Assembly (NCBI GenBank): GCA_963833095.1
Contig: CAWHWQ010000001.1
Coordinates: 224,001 to 288,000, forward strand
Direction: 5' to 3'
DNA: 64,000 nucleotides
From: Vulcanimicrobiota bacterium
GTDB lineage: Bacteria > Vulcanimicrobiota > Vulcanimicrobiia > Vulcanimicrobiales > Vulcanimicrobiaceae
A program made the translations under genes and the position numbers. The number at the start of each line of letters is the position of its first letter. Position 1 is the first letter of the stretch. Positions 28,925-41,030 of the stretch are shown piece after piece. The notes beneath the pieces are model-generated. The model had not been told where the DNA came from and made no database searches. It saw nothing but the letters and a program-made list of their open reading frames with translations.

Positions 28925-30366
28925 CTGCGACTATCGACAGCTACAACGCACTGCACTTGCTCATCGCGGGTGAACGCATCGGCGCAAATCAGCGCGCGAC
29001 GCGACCCGTCATCAATCCCGCGACCGGCGCCGTGCTTGCCGAGCTCCCCATTGCGACCGATGCCGATCTGCAACAAGCACTTTGCGCCGCAGCAAAAGGC
29101 TTTGCCCGCTGGCGCGCAGTCAGCGCCTACGATCGCGCGAACGTTCTGCATAAGGCCGCAGCGCTGCTGCGCGAACGCGCTGATACGATCGCGCGCACGA
29201 TGACGCTCGAGCAAGGAAAGGTTTTGGGCGAAGCGCGTCTCGAGATCGGCGCCGCCGCCGATATCTTCGATTGGGCTGCAGAAGAGGGGCGCCGCGCCTA
29301 CGGGCGCGTGGTCCCATCGCGCTCGCCGGCGGTGCGTCAAATCGTGATGCGCGATCCGGTCGGGGTCGTCGCCGCGTTCACGCCGTGGAATTTTCCGGCG
29401 CTCACGCCGGCACGCAAGCTCTCCGGCGCGCTGGGCGCGGGATGCGCGATCATCATCAAGCCTGCCGAAGAGACGCCGGGCACGGCACTGGCGCTTCTCC
29501 AGGCGCTGCTCGACGCGGGGCTGCCCGAAGACGCCGCACAAATGGTGTTCGGCGATCCTGCGCACATCTCATCAACGCTGATCGCATCGCCGATCGTGCG
29601 CAAGATTTCGTTTACGGGCTCGACCGCGGTGGGCAAACAGCTTGCCGGATTAGCGGCAGCCGGCGTGAAGCGCGCGACGCTGGAGCTCGGCGGACACGCG
29701 CCGGTTGTGGTGACGGCAAAAGCCGATCTCGACCGCGCGGTGAAACTGTCGGTGGGATTCAAGTATCGCAACGCCGGGCAAGTCTGCGTCTCACCGTCGC
29801 GCTTTCTCGTGCAAGAGAGCATCTACGACGAGTTCGCCTCGCGCTTCACGCGCGCGGCTGCCGACATTCGTGTCGCGAACGGCCTTGAAGAGGGCGCGCA
29901 AATGGGATCCCTCGCAAACGAGCGGCGTCGCAATTCGATTCACGGCCTGGTCGAAGACGCGGTTGCGCGTGGCGCCAAGCTCCAGACGGGCGGAACGCGG
30001 TATGACACACCGGGCTTCTTCTATCCGCCGACGGTGCTGACCGGCATTCCGGCCGATGCGCGCATCCTCAACGAAGAGCCCTTCGGTCCGGTTGCCGCAA
30101 TCGCCACGTTTCGCGACATCGATCAAGCGATTACCGAAGCAAACCGGCTGCCGTACGGACTTGCCGCGTATGTGTTTACCCAAGACGTTACCGAGCACAT
30201 CGCGCTCACAAACGGCATCGAAGCAGGCATGATCGGCGTCAATCATTTCGGCGTCTCGCTGGCCGAGATTCCCTTCGGCGGCGTCAAGGAATCCGGTTAC
30301 GGATCTGAAGGCGGCAACGAAGGAATCGAATCGTATCTGGTTACGAAGTCGGTAACGACGACGTAA
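28921..30366 (+). CDS. NAD(P)-dependent aldehyde dehydrogenase (succinate/2-oxoglutarate semialdehyde dehydrogenase-like)
   Basis: TPWNFP, IKPAEETP, SFTGST, LELGGHAP, NAGQVC, EPFGP, PFGGVKESG. Confidence 0.93.
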   Translation: MTATIDSYNALHLLIAGERIGANQRATRPVINPATGAVLAELPIATDADLQQALCAAAKGFARWRAVSAYDRANVLHKAAALLRERADTIARTMTLEQGKVLGEARLEIGAAADIFDWAAEEGRRAYGRVVPSRSPAVRQIVMRDPVGVVAAFTPWNFPALTPARKLSGALGAGCAIIIKPAEETPGTALALLQALLDAGLPEDAAQMVFGDPAHISSTLIASPIVRKISFTGSTAVGKQLAGLAAAGVKRATLELGGHAPVVVTAKADLDRAVKLSVGFKYRNAGQVCVSPSRFLVQESIYDEFASRFTRAAADIRVANGLEEGAQMGSLANERRRNSIHGLVEDAVARGAKLQTGGTRYDTPGFFYPPTVLTGIPADARILNEEPFGPVAAIATFRDIDQAITEANRLPYGLAAYVFTQDVTEHIALTNGIEAGMIGVNHFGVSLAEIPFGGVKESGYGSEGGNEGIESYLVTKSVTTT

Positions 30367-30377
30367 GGACGTCTGAC

Positions 30378-31515
30378 TTAGACGTACTCCTTGCAATAGG
30401 CAGCGATGCGTTTGATGCCTTCGCGCACGCGGTCGATCGGGGCGACCCAGCTCAAACGCAGCCAGCCTTCAAACGCGCGCCGAATGCCACGCCCGGTATC
30501 GCCAGTACGTCGTGCTCTTCGATAAGTTCCATCGCGGCGTCGTACGACCGTACACCATCGGGTAGCCGAACGCAGCGCATAAAAGCTGCCCTCGGGCCGG
30601 ATAAACCGCAAGCGGCACTGCGACTCCAGCGACTCGACGACGCCGTCCACTGCGCGCGGTACCAGGAGACATGTTCGTTCACGCCGCCGAGCTCGTGAAG
30701 ACGTGCAGCGCGACTGCTGCGCAAAAGTGTCGGTACACGAGGTCAACCAGGCGTGCGCCTTGATCGCATTCTCGATGAAGGTTCGGGGCCGATCAGCCAG
30801 CCAAGACGCAGCCCGGTAAGCGCATTGCTCTTGCTCAGCGAGTTGGTGGCGATGGTGTGCGGATACCGTTCGGCCAAGGAAGGCTTCGTCGTCCACGAAG
30901 GTCTGTTCGCGGTAGATCTCGTCGTGGATCAGCCAGATCGGCTCGCCGCCCGCGCTTCGAGAGCACGAACCAGATTTCGGCTTGCTCGCTGCGAGAGCAC
31001 ACGGCCGGTCGGGTTGTTGGGCGAGCAGATCACGATTGCCCGCGTGCGTTCGCCGATGCCCCGCACGATGCGCTCGGCATCGAACGCAAAGTCGTCGGCT
31101 TCACGCATCGGTCACGCCGCGAACGGCGACGCCTTCGAGCGCGCGCCATCTTCGCGTACGACGGAAAAGCCGGCTCGACGATCAGCAATTCGTCGTTCGC
31201 CGGATCGAGCAGCGTCTTGATCGTCACGTACATCGCTTCTTGCGACCCGGTCGTGACGCAGACGTTGCTCGGCGTCATGCATCCCGGATAGTCGTAGTGC
31301 CGCGCGATCGCTTCGCGCAGCGTCGGATCGCCGGCGTTGGCGCGTATACTTGAATGCCGTGCTCGGCGACGTAGCTCATCGCGTGCTTCGAAGTGCTCGC
31401 GATTGGGCGCAAGCGACGGCTCGCCCAAGCCCAGATCGATCGAACGTCGGCCGGCGCTTCGCCGCCACTCTCGCGGATCAGCGAACGTTCGAATCTCGAG
31501 CACGCGCGGATTCAT
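30378..31515 (-). CDS. PLP-dependent class I aminotransferase; multiple frameshifts
   Basis: Fragments IDLGLGEP, NAGDPTLREAIA, VCVTTGSQEA, EPAFPSY, SPNNPTG, DEIYRE, PEGSFY, WLRLSW across frames; ATG 31515 overlaps the dapD stop. Confidence 0.8.
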
Positions 31516-32338
31516 ACCGGCACCTCGAAATCGCGCAGCGCCGCGTTGAGCGAGGTTTTGCGATCGGTCGATTCGCTGCGCGTGCCGATGATCAGCGCGC
31601 ACGGCACGCCGTATTCGCCGGCCGGAAACGTCTTGGGCATCGTGCCGGGAATCACGACGGCGCGCGCCGGAATGCGGCCCTTGCGTCGTGGCGGCGATCG
31701 CTGCCGCGCACGTCGACGATCGGCGTGCTGGCGGTGAGCACGACGCCGGCGCCGAGCACGGCTTCACGCTCGACGCGCACGCCTTCGACCACGATGCAGC
31801 GCGAGCCGACGAACGCGCCGTCTTCGACGATCACCGGGAGCGGCTTGCGGCGGCTCGAGCACGCCGCCGATCCCGACGCCGCCGGAGAGGTGCACGCCCT
31901 TGCCGATCTGCGCGCACGAACCGACCGTCGCCCACGTGTCGACCATCGTACCCTTCGTCGACGTAGGCGCCGATGTTCACGAAACCCGGCATCAGGATCG
32001 CGCCGCGGCCGAGAAAACTGCCGTAGCGCGCGACGCCCGGGCGGCACGCAGCGCACGCCCAGCTTCTTATAATTCCGCTTGATCGGAAGCTTGTCAAAGA
32101 ATTCGAGACCCTGCGCATCGCCCATCGGCGCCACCTTACGCCGGGCGAAATAGAGAAGGATCGCCTGTTTGATCCAGGCGTGCACGACCCAGTCATCGCC
32201 GTCCGGTTCGGCGACGCGCAACGTTCCAACGTCGAGTGCCGCAATGACGTCGTCAATCGGGCGGCCGGCGCGGCCGCGCACGTCGCCGTCGCCGGCGACA
32301 AGCGCTTCAACTTGCACTTGCAGTTTGTCGGTTTTCAT
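31512..32338 (-). CDS. dapD: Tetrahydrodipicolinate N-succinyltransferase; multiple frameshifts
   Basis: [66 protein letters not shown] in different frames. Confidence 0.9.
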
Positions 32339-32374
32339 GCCGGGCCAAGGTTACGCCTCGGCGAAGGGGCTTCC

Positions 32375-33406
32375 ATGCTCGCATACCGACTCTTTGAAGA
32401 CGGGCCGCGTCTGATCGATGACGCGCCGGTCCCGCAACCGCGTGAAGGCCAGGTGCTCGTAAAGGTCGCCGGCTCGGGCGCCTGCCATTCCGATCTCCAC
32501 GTGATCGCGGCAACGGCTGCCGGCAACTGTTTCTTCAAGCCTCCATATACGCTCGGGCACGAGAGCACCGGGTGGGTCGAAGCGGTCGGCGCGGGCGTGC
32601 AACGCGTCCAACCCGGCGATAAAGTCGCGGTGTATTGCGCGATCGGTTGCGGAAAGTGCCGCATGTGTCTGGCCGGCTTCGAGAGTTACTGCATGCGTTC
32701 TCGTCCAGTGAATGCCTTAGGTCTCGGGATCGACGGCGGCATGGCCGAATATCTCCTCGTGCCGGCGGAACGTTACCTCATTCCGCTGGGCGATCTGGAT
32801 CCCGTGCAAGCAGCACCGCTCACCGACGCGGGCATGACGCCATACCATGCGATCAATCGCTCGCGCCCGCTCCTCACGCCTGACGCAACCGTCGTGGTCA
32901 TGGGGATCGGCGGCCTCGGTCACCTCGCGCTACAGATTCTGCGCTCCACGAGCGCCGTGCGCGTGCTCGCGATCGACATCTCTGACCACAAACTGGCGCT
33001 GGCGAAAGAACTCGGTGCCGATGCTACCGTGCGCGCGGGTGAGAACGCGCTGCGCGAAACGATGGAGTTGTTGCACGGCGAGCAAGCCGACGTCGTGTTG
33101 GATTTCGTCGGAGTGCAATCGACGATCGACCTCGGCCGAAAGCTGGTTCGTCCCGGCGGCGATTTCACGATTGTCGGCCTCGGCGGCGGAACGATGAGCT
33201 ACGGACAAGGGCGGATCGCCGTAGGCGCGCGCGTCTTCACTCCCTACTTCGGCGGCATCGGCGAAATGCGCGAATTGATTGCGCTCGCCGCGCGCGGCGG
33301 CATCGCGGCGCACGTTACCCGCTATCCGCTCAAGCGCGTCGCCGAAGCATACCAGGCACTTCACGACGGCACCGTCGAGGGCCGCGCCGTTATCTGTCCG
33401 GGATAG
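32375..33406 (+). CDS. Zinc-dependent alcohol dehydrogenase
   Basis: GACHSDLH, LGHE, CGKCRMC...C, TDAGMTPYHA, GIGGLG; ATG 32375 with GAAGGGG RBS. Confidence 0.93.
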   Translation: MLAYRLFEDGPRLIDDAPVPQPREGQVLVKVAGSGACHSDLHVIAATAAGNCFFKPPYTLGHESTGWVEAVGAGVQRVQPGDKVAVYCAIGCGKCRMCLAGFESYCMRSRPVNALGLGIDGGMAEYLLVPAERYLIPLGDLDPVQAAPLTDAGMTPYHAINRSRPLLTPDATVVVMGIGGLGHLALQILRSTSAVRVLAIDISDHKLALAKELGADATVRAGENALRETMELLHGEQADVVLDFVGVQSTIDLGRKLVRPGGDFTIVGLGGGTMSYGQGRIAVGARVFTPYFGGIGEMRELIALAARGGIAAHVTRYPLKRVAEAYQALHDGTVEGRAVICPG

Positions 33407-33611
33407 GTCCCACGTCCCATAATCCATTGTCACGTGAGATGGCGTACTGTGAGGGCCCCACGCTCAACGCGGGGTGCGAAGCAGCGTAGCTGCGGAGCAT
33501 TTCAAAATAGGGGTCCCCAAATGACGATGAGCCATTTGGGGGTAAGATATGGATACGGGAGCGCGAATTACTCGCTCCCGCCTCTTCACTAGGGAACGAG
33601 AAGGAGCAGTC

Positions 33612-35615
33612 GTGCCGAACGCCCCCGCCGACGAGCAACGCATTAACACCATCCGCTTTCTTGCGGTCGATGCGGTCCAAAAGGCCAACTCTGGGCATCC
33701 CGGCATGCCCTTAGGGGCCGCCGCAATGGCCTATACGCTCTGGACCCGCCACCTCAAGTTCAATCCTAAGGACCCGCACTGGTTCGATCGCGATCGCTTC
33801 ATTCTCTCGGCCGGACACGGCTCAATGCTGCTCTACGCCCTGCTGTACCTCACCGGCTACGACCTCACGCTCGACGATCTCAAATCGTTCCGGCAACTCG
33901 GCAGCAAGACACCCGGCCATCCCGAAGCTGGGCATACGGCCGGCGTCGAGGCGACAACTGGGCCGCTTGGGCAGGGCCTTGCGAACTCGGTGGGCTTCGC
34001 GATCGCTGAAGCGCATCTCGGTGCCGTCTACAATCGATCCGACGCGAAGATCGTGGATCATTTTACCTACGTCATCGCCGGCGACGGCGACTTGATGGAG
34101 GGGGTGAGCCAAGAAGCTATCTCGCTTGCCGGTCATCTGCAACTTGGCAAGCTTATCGTGCTTTATGACGACAACCGCGTCTCGCTCGCCGCTCCTACCG
34201 ATGTCACGTATACGGAAGATGCGTGCGCGCGCTTCGATGCAAGCGGCTGGCACACCCAACGCGTCGACGTCGATCGTTCGAACGACGTCGCTACCCTCGA
34301 TCAAGCTATCAGCGTTGCCAAGGGCGTCACCGATCGCCCATCCATGATCGCGGTTCGCACGCACATCGGATTCGGCTCGCCGCTGCAAGATACGTTCAAG
34401 GCGCACGGCGAGCCACTCGGTGCCGACAACGTCAAAAAAACCAAACAAGAATTGGGCTGGCCGCTCGAGCCGGATTTCTACGTACCGGAGGAGGCGCTCG
34501 CGTTCTTTCGCGAGTGCGGCGCAAAAGGAGCGACGCTGGAAGCCGAATGGCAGAAACGCTATGACGGATGGATGTCGGCAAACCCGGATCTCGCCACACA
34601 GTTCGAGCGCGCGCTCGACGGCAAGCTGCCGGCGAACGTGCCGTGGCCCGCGTTCAACGCGGAGAACGGCGCAGTCGCCACGCGCGACGCGGGTGGGACG
34701 GTGATGAACGCGATCGCAAGCGCCCTCCCAGAGCTGGTCGGCGGCTCGGCCGACCTCGATCCCTCGACCAAGACCTACCTCAAAGACTGCGGCGATTTCC
34801 AGCCCAACAACTACGCCGGGCGGAACATTCACTACGGCGTTCGCGAGCACGGGATGGCCGCCGCGACCAATGGCATCGCGCTGCATGGCGGACTCATGCC
34901 CTTCTGCGCGACGTTCTTCAATTTTTCCGACTATCTCAAGCCGTCGCTGCGCCTGGCCGCGCTGACGAAATTGCATGCGATCTACGTTTTCACTCACGAC
35001 TCGGTGTTCTTGGGCGAAGACGGGCCGACGCACGAACCGATCGAGCAACTCGCGATGCTGCGCGCGACGCCAAACGTTCGCGTGGTGCGACCCGCCGATT
35101 CGCTCGAAACTTGCGAAGCGTGGAAGCTTGCCGTCGATCCGCGGAGCGGATGTCCGTGGGTGCTGGTGCTCACACGGCAAAAGCTGCCGTTCTTGGGTGC
35201 TCGCGACGCGCACGTTGGGCGCGGCGCCTACGTCCTCTCCGATGCAGCCGGCACGCCCGACCTGATTCTGATCGCGACCGGCTCCGAAGTCTCGCTCGCG
35301 CTCGACGCCAAAAAGCTCCTCGAGGACAAAGGCGTGCGGACGCGTGTCGTCTCGATGCCTTGTTGGGAGCTCTTCGAAGCCCAACCGCAATCCTATCGCG
35401 ACGAGGTACTTCCGCCGCAGATCACTGCGCGTATGTCGATCGAGGCTGCGGCGACCTTCGGGTGGGAGCGTTGGACCGGCGAACGCGGCGTCACGTATGG
35501 GATCGATCGCTTTGGCGAATCCGCGCCAATGGCCGCCATCGCCAAGAGCCTCGGCTTCACTCCGGAGCGCGTCGCCCAGGTTGCGCTCGACGCATTCGCG
35601 CTCGCCTCGCGCTAA
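33612..35615 (+). CDS. tkt: Transketolase
   Basis: [63 protein letters not shown] before GTG 33612. Confidence 0.97.
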   Translation: MPNAPADEQRINTIRFLAVDAVQKANSGHPGMPLGAAAMAYTLWTRHLKFNPKDPHWFDRDRFILSAGHGSMLLYALLYLTGYDLTLDDLKSFRQLGSKTPGHPEAGHTAGVEATTGPLGQGLANSVGFAIAEAHLGAVYNRSDAKIVDHFTYVIAGDGDLMEGVSQEAISLAGHLQLGKLIVLYDDNRVSLAAPTDVTYTEDACARFDASGWHTQRVDVDRSNDVATLDQAISVAKGVTDRPSMIAVRTHIGFGSPLQDTFKAHGEPLGADNVKKTKQELGWPLEPDFYVPEEALAFFRECGAKGATLEAEWQKRYDGWMSANPDLATQFERALDGKLPANVPWPAFNAENGAVATRDAGGTVMNAIASALPELVGGSADLDPSTKTYLKDCGDFQPNNYAGRNIHYGVREHGMAAATNGIALHGGLMPFCATFFNFSDYLKPSLRLAALTKLHAIYVFTHDSVFLGEDGPTHEPIEQLAMLRATPNVRVVRPADSLETCEAWKLAVDPRSGCPWVLVLTRQKLPFLGARDAHVGRGAYVLSDAAGTPDLILIATGSEVSLALDAKKLLEDKGVRTRVVSMPCWELFEAQPQSYRDEVLPPQITARMSIEAAATFGWERWTGERGVTYGIDRFGESAPMAAIAKSLGFTPERVAQVALDAFALASR

Positions 35616-35648
35616 TTTTTCCTTCGTTCCTTTGTACAGGAGAACCAC

Positions 35649-38499
35649 GTGAGCAACCAATTGCACCAACTGCTCGAGGCCGGGCAAAGCGTTTGGCTGG
35701 ACAACCTGCGGCGCGGCATGTTCGCGTCGGGTGAACTCAAGCGCCTGATCGACCAGGGTCTGCGCGGAATGACCAGCAATCCGACGATCTTCGAAAAGGC
35801 GATCGGAACGGGCGATGACTACGACGAGCAGTTGCGCACCCTCATCGGCCGCGAGACCAGCGCCGACGCGCTCTTTTGGGACTTGGCGGTAGCCGACATC
35901 CAGCACGCCTGCGACGCGTTTCGCGGCGTCTATGATTCCAGTGGCGGCAACGACGGCTTCGTCAGCCTGGAGGTCTCGCCGCTGCTCGCGCACGACACGC
36001 AAGGCACGATAGAGAATGCCAAGCTATTATGGCAGCGTGTCGATCGTCCGAACGTGATGGTGAAGATTCCCGGCACGAACGAAGGCGTCGCCGCGATCGA
36101 AGAGTGCATCTATTCGGGGCTCAATATCAACGTAACGCTGATCTTCTCCATCGAGATGTACGAGAAGACCGCAACGGCCTACATCGACGGGCTCAAGCGC
36201 CGCCTGTTGGAAGGCAAACCGATCGATCGGATTCGTTCGGTCAACTCGGTGTTCGTCAGCCGGATCGATTCGGCCGTCGATCGACTGTTGCAGGCCAAGA
36301 TCGCTAAGGGTGAAGCGTCGCTCCAGTCGCTCATGGGGAAGGCCGGCGTCGCGAACCTCAAACTGACCTATGCGAAGTTCGAGGAGCTTTTCGAAGGTGA
36401 GGGCTTTTCGCGGCGTGCTTCAGGCGGGCGGCGCGGTGCAGCGCCCGCTCTGGGCCAGTACGTCGGTGAAGAATCCGGCCTATCCCGACTTGATGTACGT
36501 TGAGACCGTGGTCGGCAAGCACACGGTTAACACCATGCCACCTAACACTCTCGATGCGCTGCTCGATCACGGCAAGGTCACAGCCGACACGGTTGAGACG
36601 GGGCTCGATGAAGCCCGCGCGACGATGCGCGCGCTGCAAGACGCCAAGATCTCCTTCTACGACGTCACGCACGAGCTTCAGGTTGAGGGCGTCTCGCTCT
36701 TTTCCGATTCGTTCGCCGCGCTAATGGGTGCGATCGTCTATAAGCAAAAGCAACTCGCCGGCGGCAAGGAGCGCGTGGCAATCTCGTCAGAGCGAGCCGA
36801 CGCACTTGAGAAACTCGCGAGCAATGATTTCCTCAAAAAACTCTGGGCCAAAGATCCTTCACCGTGGACGAACGATCCGGCGGCCGCCGACATTATCAAA
36901 CACGCTTTGGGTTGGCTAGACATTCCGCAGCATATGATGGAGCGCGTCCCGGAGCTCGATGCGTTTGCGAAGGAGATCGCGCGCGAGTTCGATCACGTCG
37001 TGGTGCTCGGCATGGGCGGAAGTTCGCTCGCGCCCGATATCATGAGTGAAACGTTCGGTGACTTGGCCGGTGGCCCGGCGAACGACGCCGATTGGCCGGA
37101 ACTGCACGTGCTCGATTCGACCGATCCAACGCAGATCGCCGAACTCGACGAGAAGCTTGCGCTCGACCGCACGCTGTTCATCGTATCGAGTAAAAGTGGA
37201 TCGACTACTGAACCCAATGCGTTCTTTGCCTACTACTACGACAAGGTTGCAAAGCTCGTCGGAACGAGCAATGCGGGCAAACAGTTCATCGCCGTGACCG
37301 ACCCGGGCACACTCATGGTTGACGTTGCCAAGGGCCACAACTTCCGCCGCATTTTCGAAAACGATCCGAATATCGGCGGACGGTATTCTGCGCTCTCCTA
37401 CTTCGGCATGGTGCCCGCGGCGCTGGCCGGTTACGACGTGCGCCTGATCCTCGATCGCGCGCTGGGCGCGATGCATGCCAACGATAAGTCGGTCGACCCG
37501 CGCGTTGCAACCGGCGTCCGCTTCGGTGCGGCGATCGGCGGCTGGGCGCAGGCCGAACGTGACAAACTCACGATCGTAACGCATCCCGACGTATCGGCTT
37601 TCGGTGCGTGGGCCGAGCAACTCATCGCCGAATCGACCGGTAAGCACGGTAAGGGTATTGTGCCGATCGAAGGCGAGGCCTTGGGCGCGCCCAGCGATTA
37701 CGGGGACGATCGCGTCTTTGTCTACGTGGGGTCGAATCTTCCGGATCCCAAAGCCGGCGTGAAAGAAAGTTTGCAGGCTTTGGAAGACGCCGGGTATCCA
37801 GTGATTCGTCTCGCCATGAACGACGAATACGATCTGGGCGAGCAGTTCTACCTATGGGAGATAGCGACGGCTGCGGCGGGAAGCATTCTCGGGATCAATG
37901 CATTCGATCAGCCCAACGTGCAAGAGTCCAAAGACAACACCAAAGCGCTGCTTGCGCAGTACGAAGCCAAAGGCTCGATCGACGAACCGGCACCCAACGT
38001 CGAAGGCCCCGCCTTTGATATCACCTATCTCTCGGGCACCAAGGACTTCGCTGGAGCGCACCGCGATGTCGGCGCGCTTGCCGCGGTCTTCAAGCAACTC
38101 GTGCCCGGCGATTACGTCGCGATCTGCGCTTATATCGCGCGCAATCCCGCGCACATCGAAACGCTCGACAAGCTGCGCTTGATGATACGCAACGCGAGCG
38201 ACGTCGCAACAACGGTTGGCTTTGGGCCGCGCTTCCTGCATTCTACGGGACAACTCCACAAGGGCGGTCCCAACTCGGCAGTGATGCTGCAGATCGTCGG
38301 CGACGACCCGGCGGATCCGCCGATCCCTGGCATGAACGTCGGCTTCCGCACGCTCCTCGCGGCGCAGGCGCTGGGCGACTGGCAATCACTCGATAGCCGC
38401 AAGCGGCGCGGCGTTCGTATCCATCTCAAAGGCGATATCGATTCCGCGCTCCAAACGTTCGTCGCTGCAGTCGACGACGCACTTTCCACTCGGGCATAG
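35649..38499 (+). CDS. tal-pgi: Bifunctional transaldolase/glucose-6-phosphate isomerase; one +1 indel near 36405
   Basis: Transaldolase GQSVWLDN, TSNPTIF, SVFVSRID continues in the next frame as QRPLWAST, then PGI GMGGSSL, SSKSGST, GGRYSALS, QLIAESTGK, HSTGQLHKGG. Confidence 0.9.
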
Positions 38500-38578
38500 A
38501 CGGTTCGGCCGCTTTACGGCGGTCGCGCCGCCTGCGCTCCTCACCTTCACCTGCATCGTGCAGGTACAGGAGTAATAC

Positions 38579-39487
38579 ATGCAAATCGGGATGGTTGGAC
38601 TGGGCAAGATGGGCGCGAACATGACGACGCGCCTGATCCAAGGTGGACATCAGGTTGTCGTCTACGACCGTAGCGCGGATGCGGTCGCGCAAGCGGCCTC
38701 CGGTGGCGCAAGTGCGTCGAGCGGACTGCGTGATTTGTGCGCTAAGCTCAGTGGCTCGCCCAAGGTCGTGTGGATCATGGTTCCTTCGGGCAAGCCGACC
38801 GATGACACCATCGATGAACTCGCCGCCATCTTAAAAAGCGGCGACATCATCATCGACGGTGGAAATACCAACTGGAAGGATGGACTTGCCGCCTACGAGC
38901 GCTGCAAAGCTAAGGGCGTGTTTCTCGTCGATGCGGGCACGAGCGGCGGCATCTGGGGCCTCAAGGAAGGCTATAGTCTCATGGTGGGAGGCGACGACAT
39001 CGCGGTCAAGGCGTGCGAACCGGTTTTTTTGACCCTCGCACCGCCCAAAGGCTACGCGCACGTTGGCCCAGCCGGCGCCGGCCATTTTTCGAAGATGGTG
39101 CACAACGGCGTCGAGTACGGCATGATGCAGGCCTACGGCGAAGGATTTGAGATTCTCGAGACCTCGCCGTTCGATTTCGATCTCGAACAAGTCGCGAGCG
39201 TTTGGTGTTACGGCAGCGTCGTGCGCTCGTGGCTGCTCGAGCTGGCGGTGCTTGCGTTCAAAGCCGATCCGGGCCTCAAAGACATTCGCGGCTACGTCGA
39301 GGACACGGGCGAGGGACGCTGGACGGTGCAAGCCGCAATCGACCAAAACGTGCCCGCTCCGGTCATCACGCTCTCGTTGATGCAACGGTTCGTGTCGCGT
39401 CAAGAAGAGTCGTTCAGCGCAAAGGTGATCGCCGCGCTGCGCAACCAGTTCGGCGGGCACGCCGTGAAGACGGAGACCCATGCCTGA
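38579..39487 (+). CDS. gnd: 6-phosphogluconate dehydrogenase (decarboxylating, short type)
   Basis: GLGKMG, IDGGN, GTSGG, KMVHNGVEYG, GEGRWT, LRNQFGGH. Confidence 0.96.
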   Translation: MQIGMVGLGKMGANMTTRLIQGGHQVVVYDRSADAVAQAASGGASASSGLRDLCAKLSGSPKVVWIMVPSGKPTDDTIDELAAILKSGDIIIDGGNTNWKDGLAAYERCKAKGVFLVDAGTSGGIWGLKEGYSLMVGGDDIAVKACEPVFLTLAPPKGYAHVGPAGAGHFSKMVHNGVEYGMMQAYGEGFEILETSPFDFDLEQVASVWCYGSVVRSWLLELAVLAFKADPGLKDIRGYVEDTGEGRWTVQAAIDQNVPAPVITLSLMQRFVSRQEESFSAKVIAALRNQFGGHAVKTETHA

Positions 39488-41030
39488 AGCGGTTGCTACC
39501 GTCTCCGTCGACGGTCAGTCCGAGAATCCGCTGCGCGTTGGGCTCCAGACCGAACGCATCAGCGATCCGTGCACGATCGTATTCTTCGGCGCGAGCGGCG
39601 ACCTCTTTAAGCGCATGCTGCTTCCTGCCGTCTACTCGCTGCGACTGCACGGCACGCTGCCCAACGATTTCGCCGTCGTTGGAGTTTCGCGCGCCGAGTA
39701 CACCGACGACAGCTTTCGTGACTACTGCAAAGAGCAACTCGATCAATTTGCGCCGGCCGATCAGAAGCCGCAGGGCGCGATCTGGGACGACTTCGCCAAA
39801 CGCCTGAGCTACGTTGCGGGCGAATTCGACGATCACAAGACTTACGGTGAACTGGCTAAACAGATAGCGTACAACGATAAGGAACTCGGGACCAAAGGAA
39901 ACCGGCTCTTCTACCTCTCCACGCCGCCTTCGGTCTTCCCGACAATCATCGAATTCTTGCGCGAAGCCGACCTCAACCAGCAACAAGAAGGCTGGGGCCG
40001 CATCGTCGTCGAGAAGCCGTTTGGCACCGATCTCGAGTCGGCTCGCGCTCTGCAGACAGCGGTCGAGAGCGTGTTCCGCGAGAGGGAGGTCTATCGCATC
40101 GATCACTACTTGGGCAAAGAGCCCGTGCAAGACATCATGGCGTTGCGCTTTGCCAACACGATCTTTGAGCCGGTGTGGAACCGCAACTACGTGCAGTCGG
40201 TGCAGATCACCGCAGCCGAACAGCTCGGCGTCGAGATGCGCGGCGGCTACTACGACAATGCCGGCACCTTGCGTGACATGATCCAAAATCACGTGATGAA
40301 TCTGCTCGCGCTCGTCGCCATGGAGCCTCCCTCGAGTTCCGACGCCGACGCAATTCGCAGCGAGAAGTTCAAAGTGCTCGAGTCGATCCAGCCGCCTGAG
40401 CACGCCAAGGTGCTCGAGATGTCGGCGCGCGGACAGTACGGCGCCGGCGCGATCAACGGCAAACCGGTGCCCAGCTATCGTCAGGAGCCCGATGTCGATC
40501 CACAGTCAAATACTGAGACCTTCGCGTCGGTCCGGCTTTTGGTCGATAATTGGCGCTGGGCCGGGGTGCCATTCTATTTGCGCTCGGGCAAGCGGCTCGC
40601 AAAGAAAATGTCGGAGATCGCGGTGACGTTCAAACCGATTCCGCACCGGATTTACGGTGAACGAACCGATACGATCGAACCCAACGTGCTGGTGATGAAG
40701 ATTCAGCCCGATGAAGGCGTCGCGATGCGTTTCTCGGCCAAGGTCCCGGGAATGAAGAATCACATTCGCAGCGTCTTCATGGACTTCAATTACGGAACGG
40801 GATTCGGCGTGCAATCTCCGCCCGCGTACGAACGCTTGATCGGCGACGCGATGCGCGGCGATCAGACCCTTTTCACCCGCTGGGACGCGGTTGAACGCGC
40901 GTGGGAGATCGTGACGCCCGTGCTCGACGTCTGGCGGAACACCAAGGACTTCACCTTCCCAAACTATCCGGCGGGATCGCAGGGTCCGCAGTCGGCTTTC
41001 ACGCTCTTTCCGGAGTGGCGCGCGTTGTGA
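39480..41030 (+). CDS. zwf: Glucose-6-phosphate 1-dehydrogenase
   Basis: GASGDL, EKPFG, RIDHYLGK, RDMIQNH, RWAGVPFYLRSGK. Confidence 0.97.
   Translation: MPEAVATVSVDGQSENPLRVGLQTERISDPCTIVFFGASGDLFKRMLLPAVYSLRLHGTLPNDFAVVGVSRAEYTDDSFRDYCKEQLDQFAPADQKPQGAIWDDFAKRLSYVAGEFDDHKTYGELAKQIAYNDKELGTKGNRLFYLSTPPSVFPTIIEFLREADLNQQQEGWGRIVVEKPFGTDLESARALQTAVESVFREREVYRIDHYLGKEPVQDIMALRFANTIFEPVWNRNYVQSVQITAAEQLGVEMRGGYYDNAGTLRDMIQNHVMNLLALVAMEPPSSSDADAIRSEKFKVLESIQPPEHAKVLEMSARGQYGAGAINGKPVPSYRQEPDVDPQSNTETFASVRLLVDNWRWAGVPFYLRSGKRLAKKMSEIAVTFKPIPHRIYGERTDTIEPNVLVMKIQPDEGVAMRFSAKVPGMKNHIRSVFMDFNYGTGFGVQSPPAYERLIGDAMRGDQTLFTRWDAVERAWEIVTPVLDVWRNTKDFTFPNYPAGSQGPQSAFTLFPEWRAL

Noticed and set aside
33822..36002. 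726-aa antisense ORF and many other long overlapping ORFs
   Set aside because: Shadow frames of high-GC genes (here tkt/tal) with no recognisable motifs
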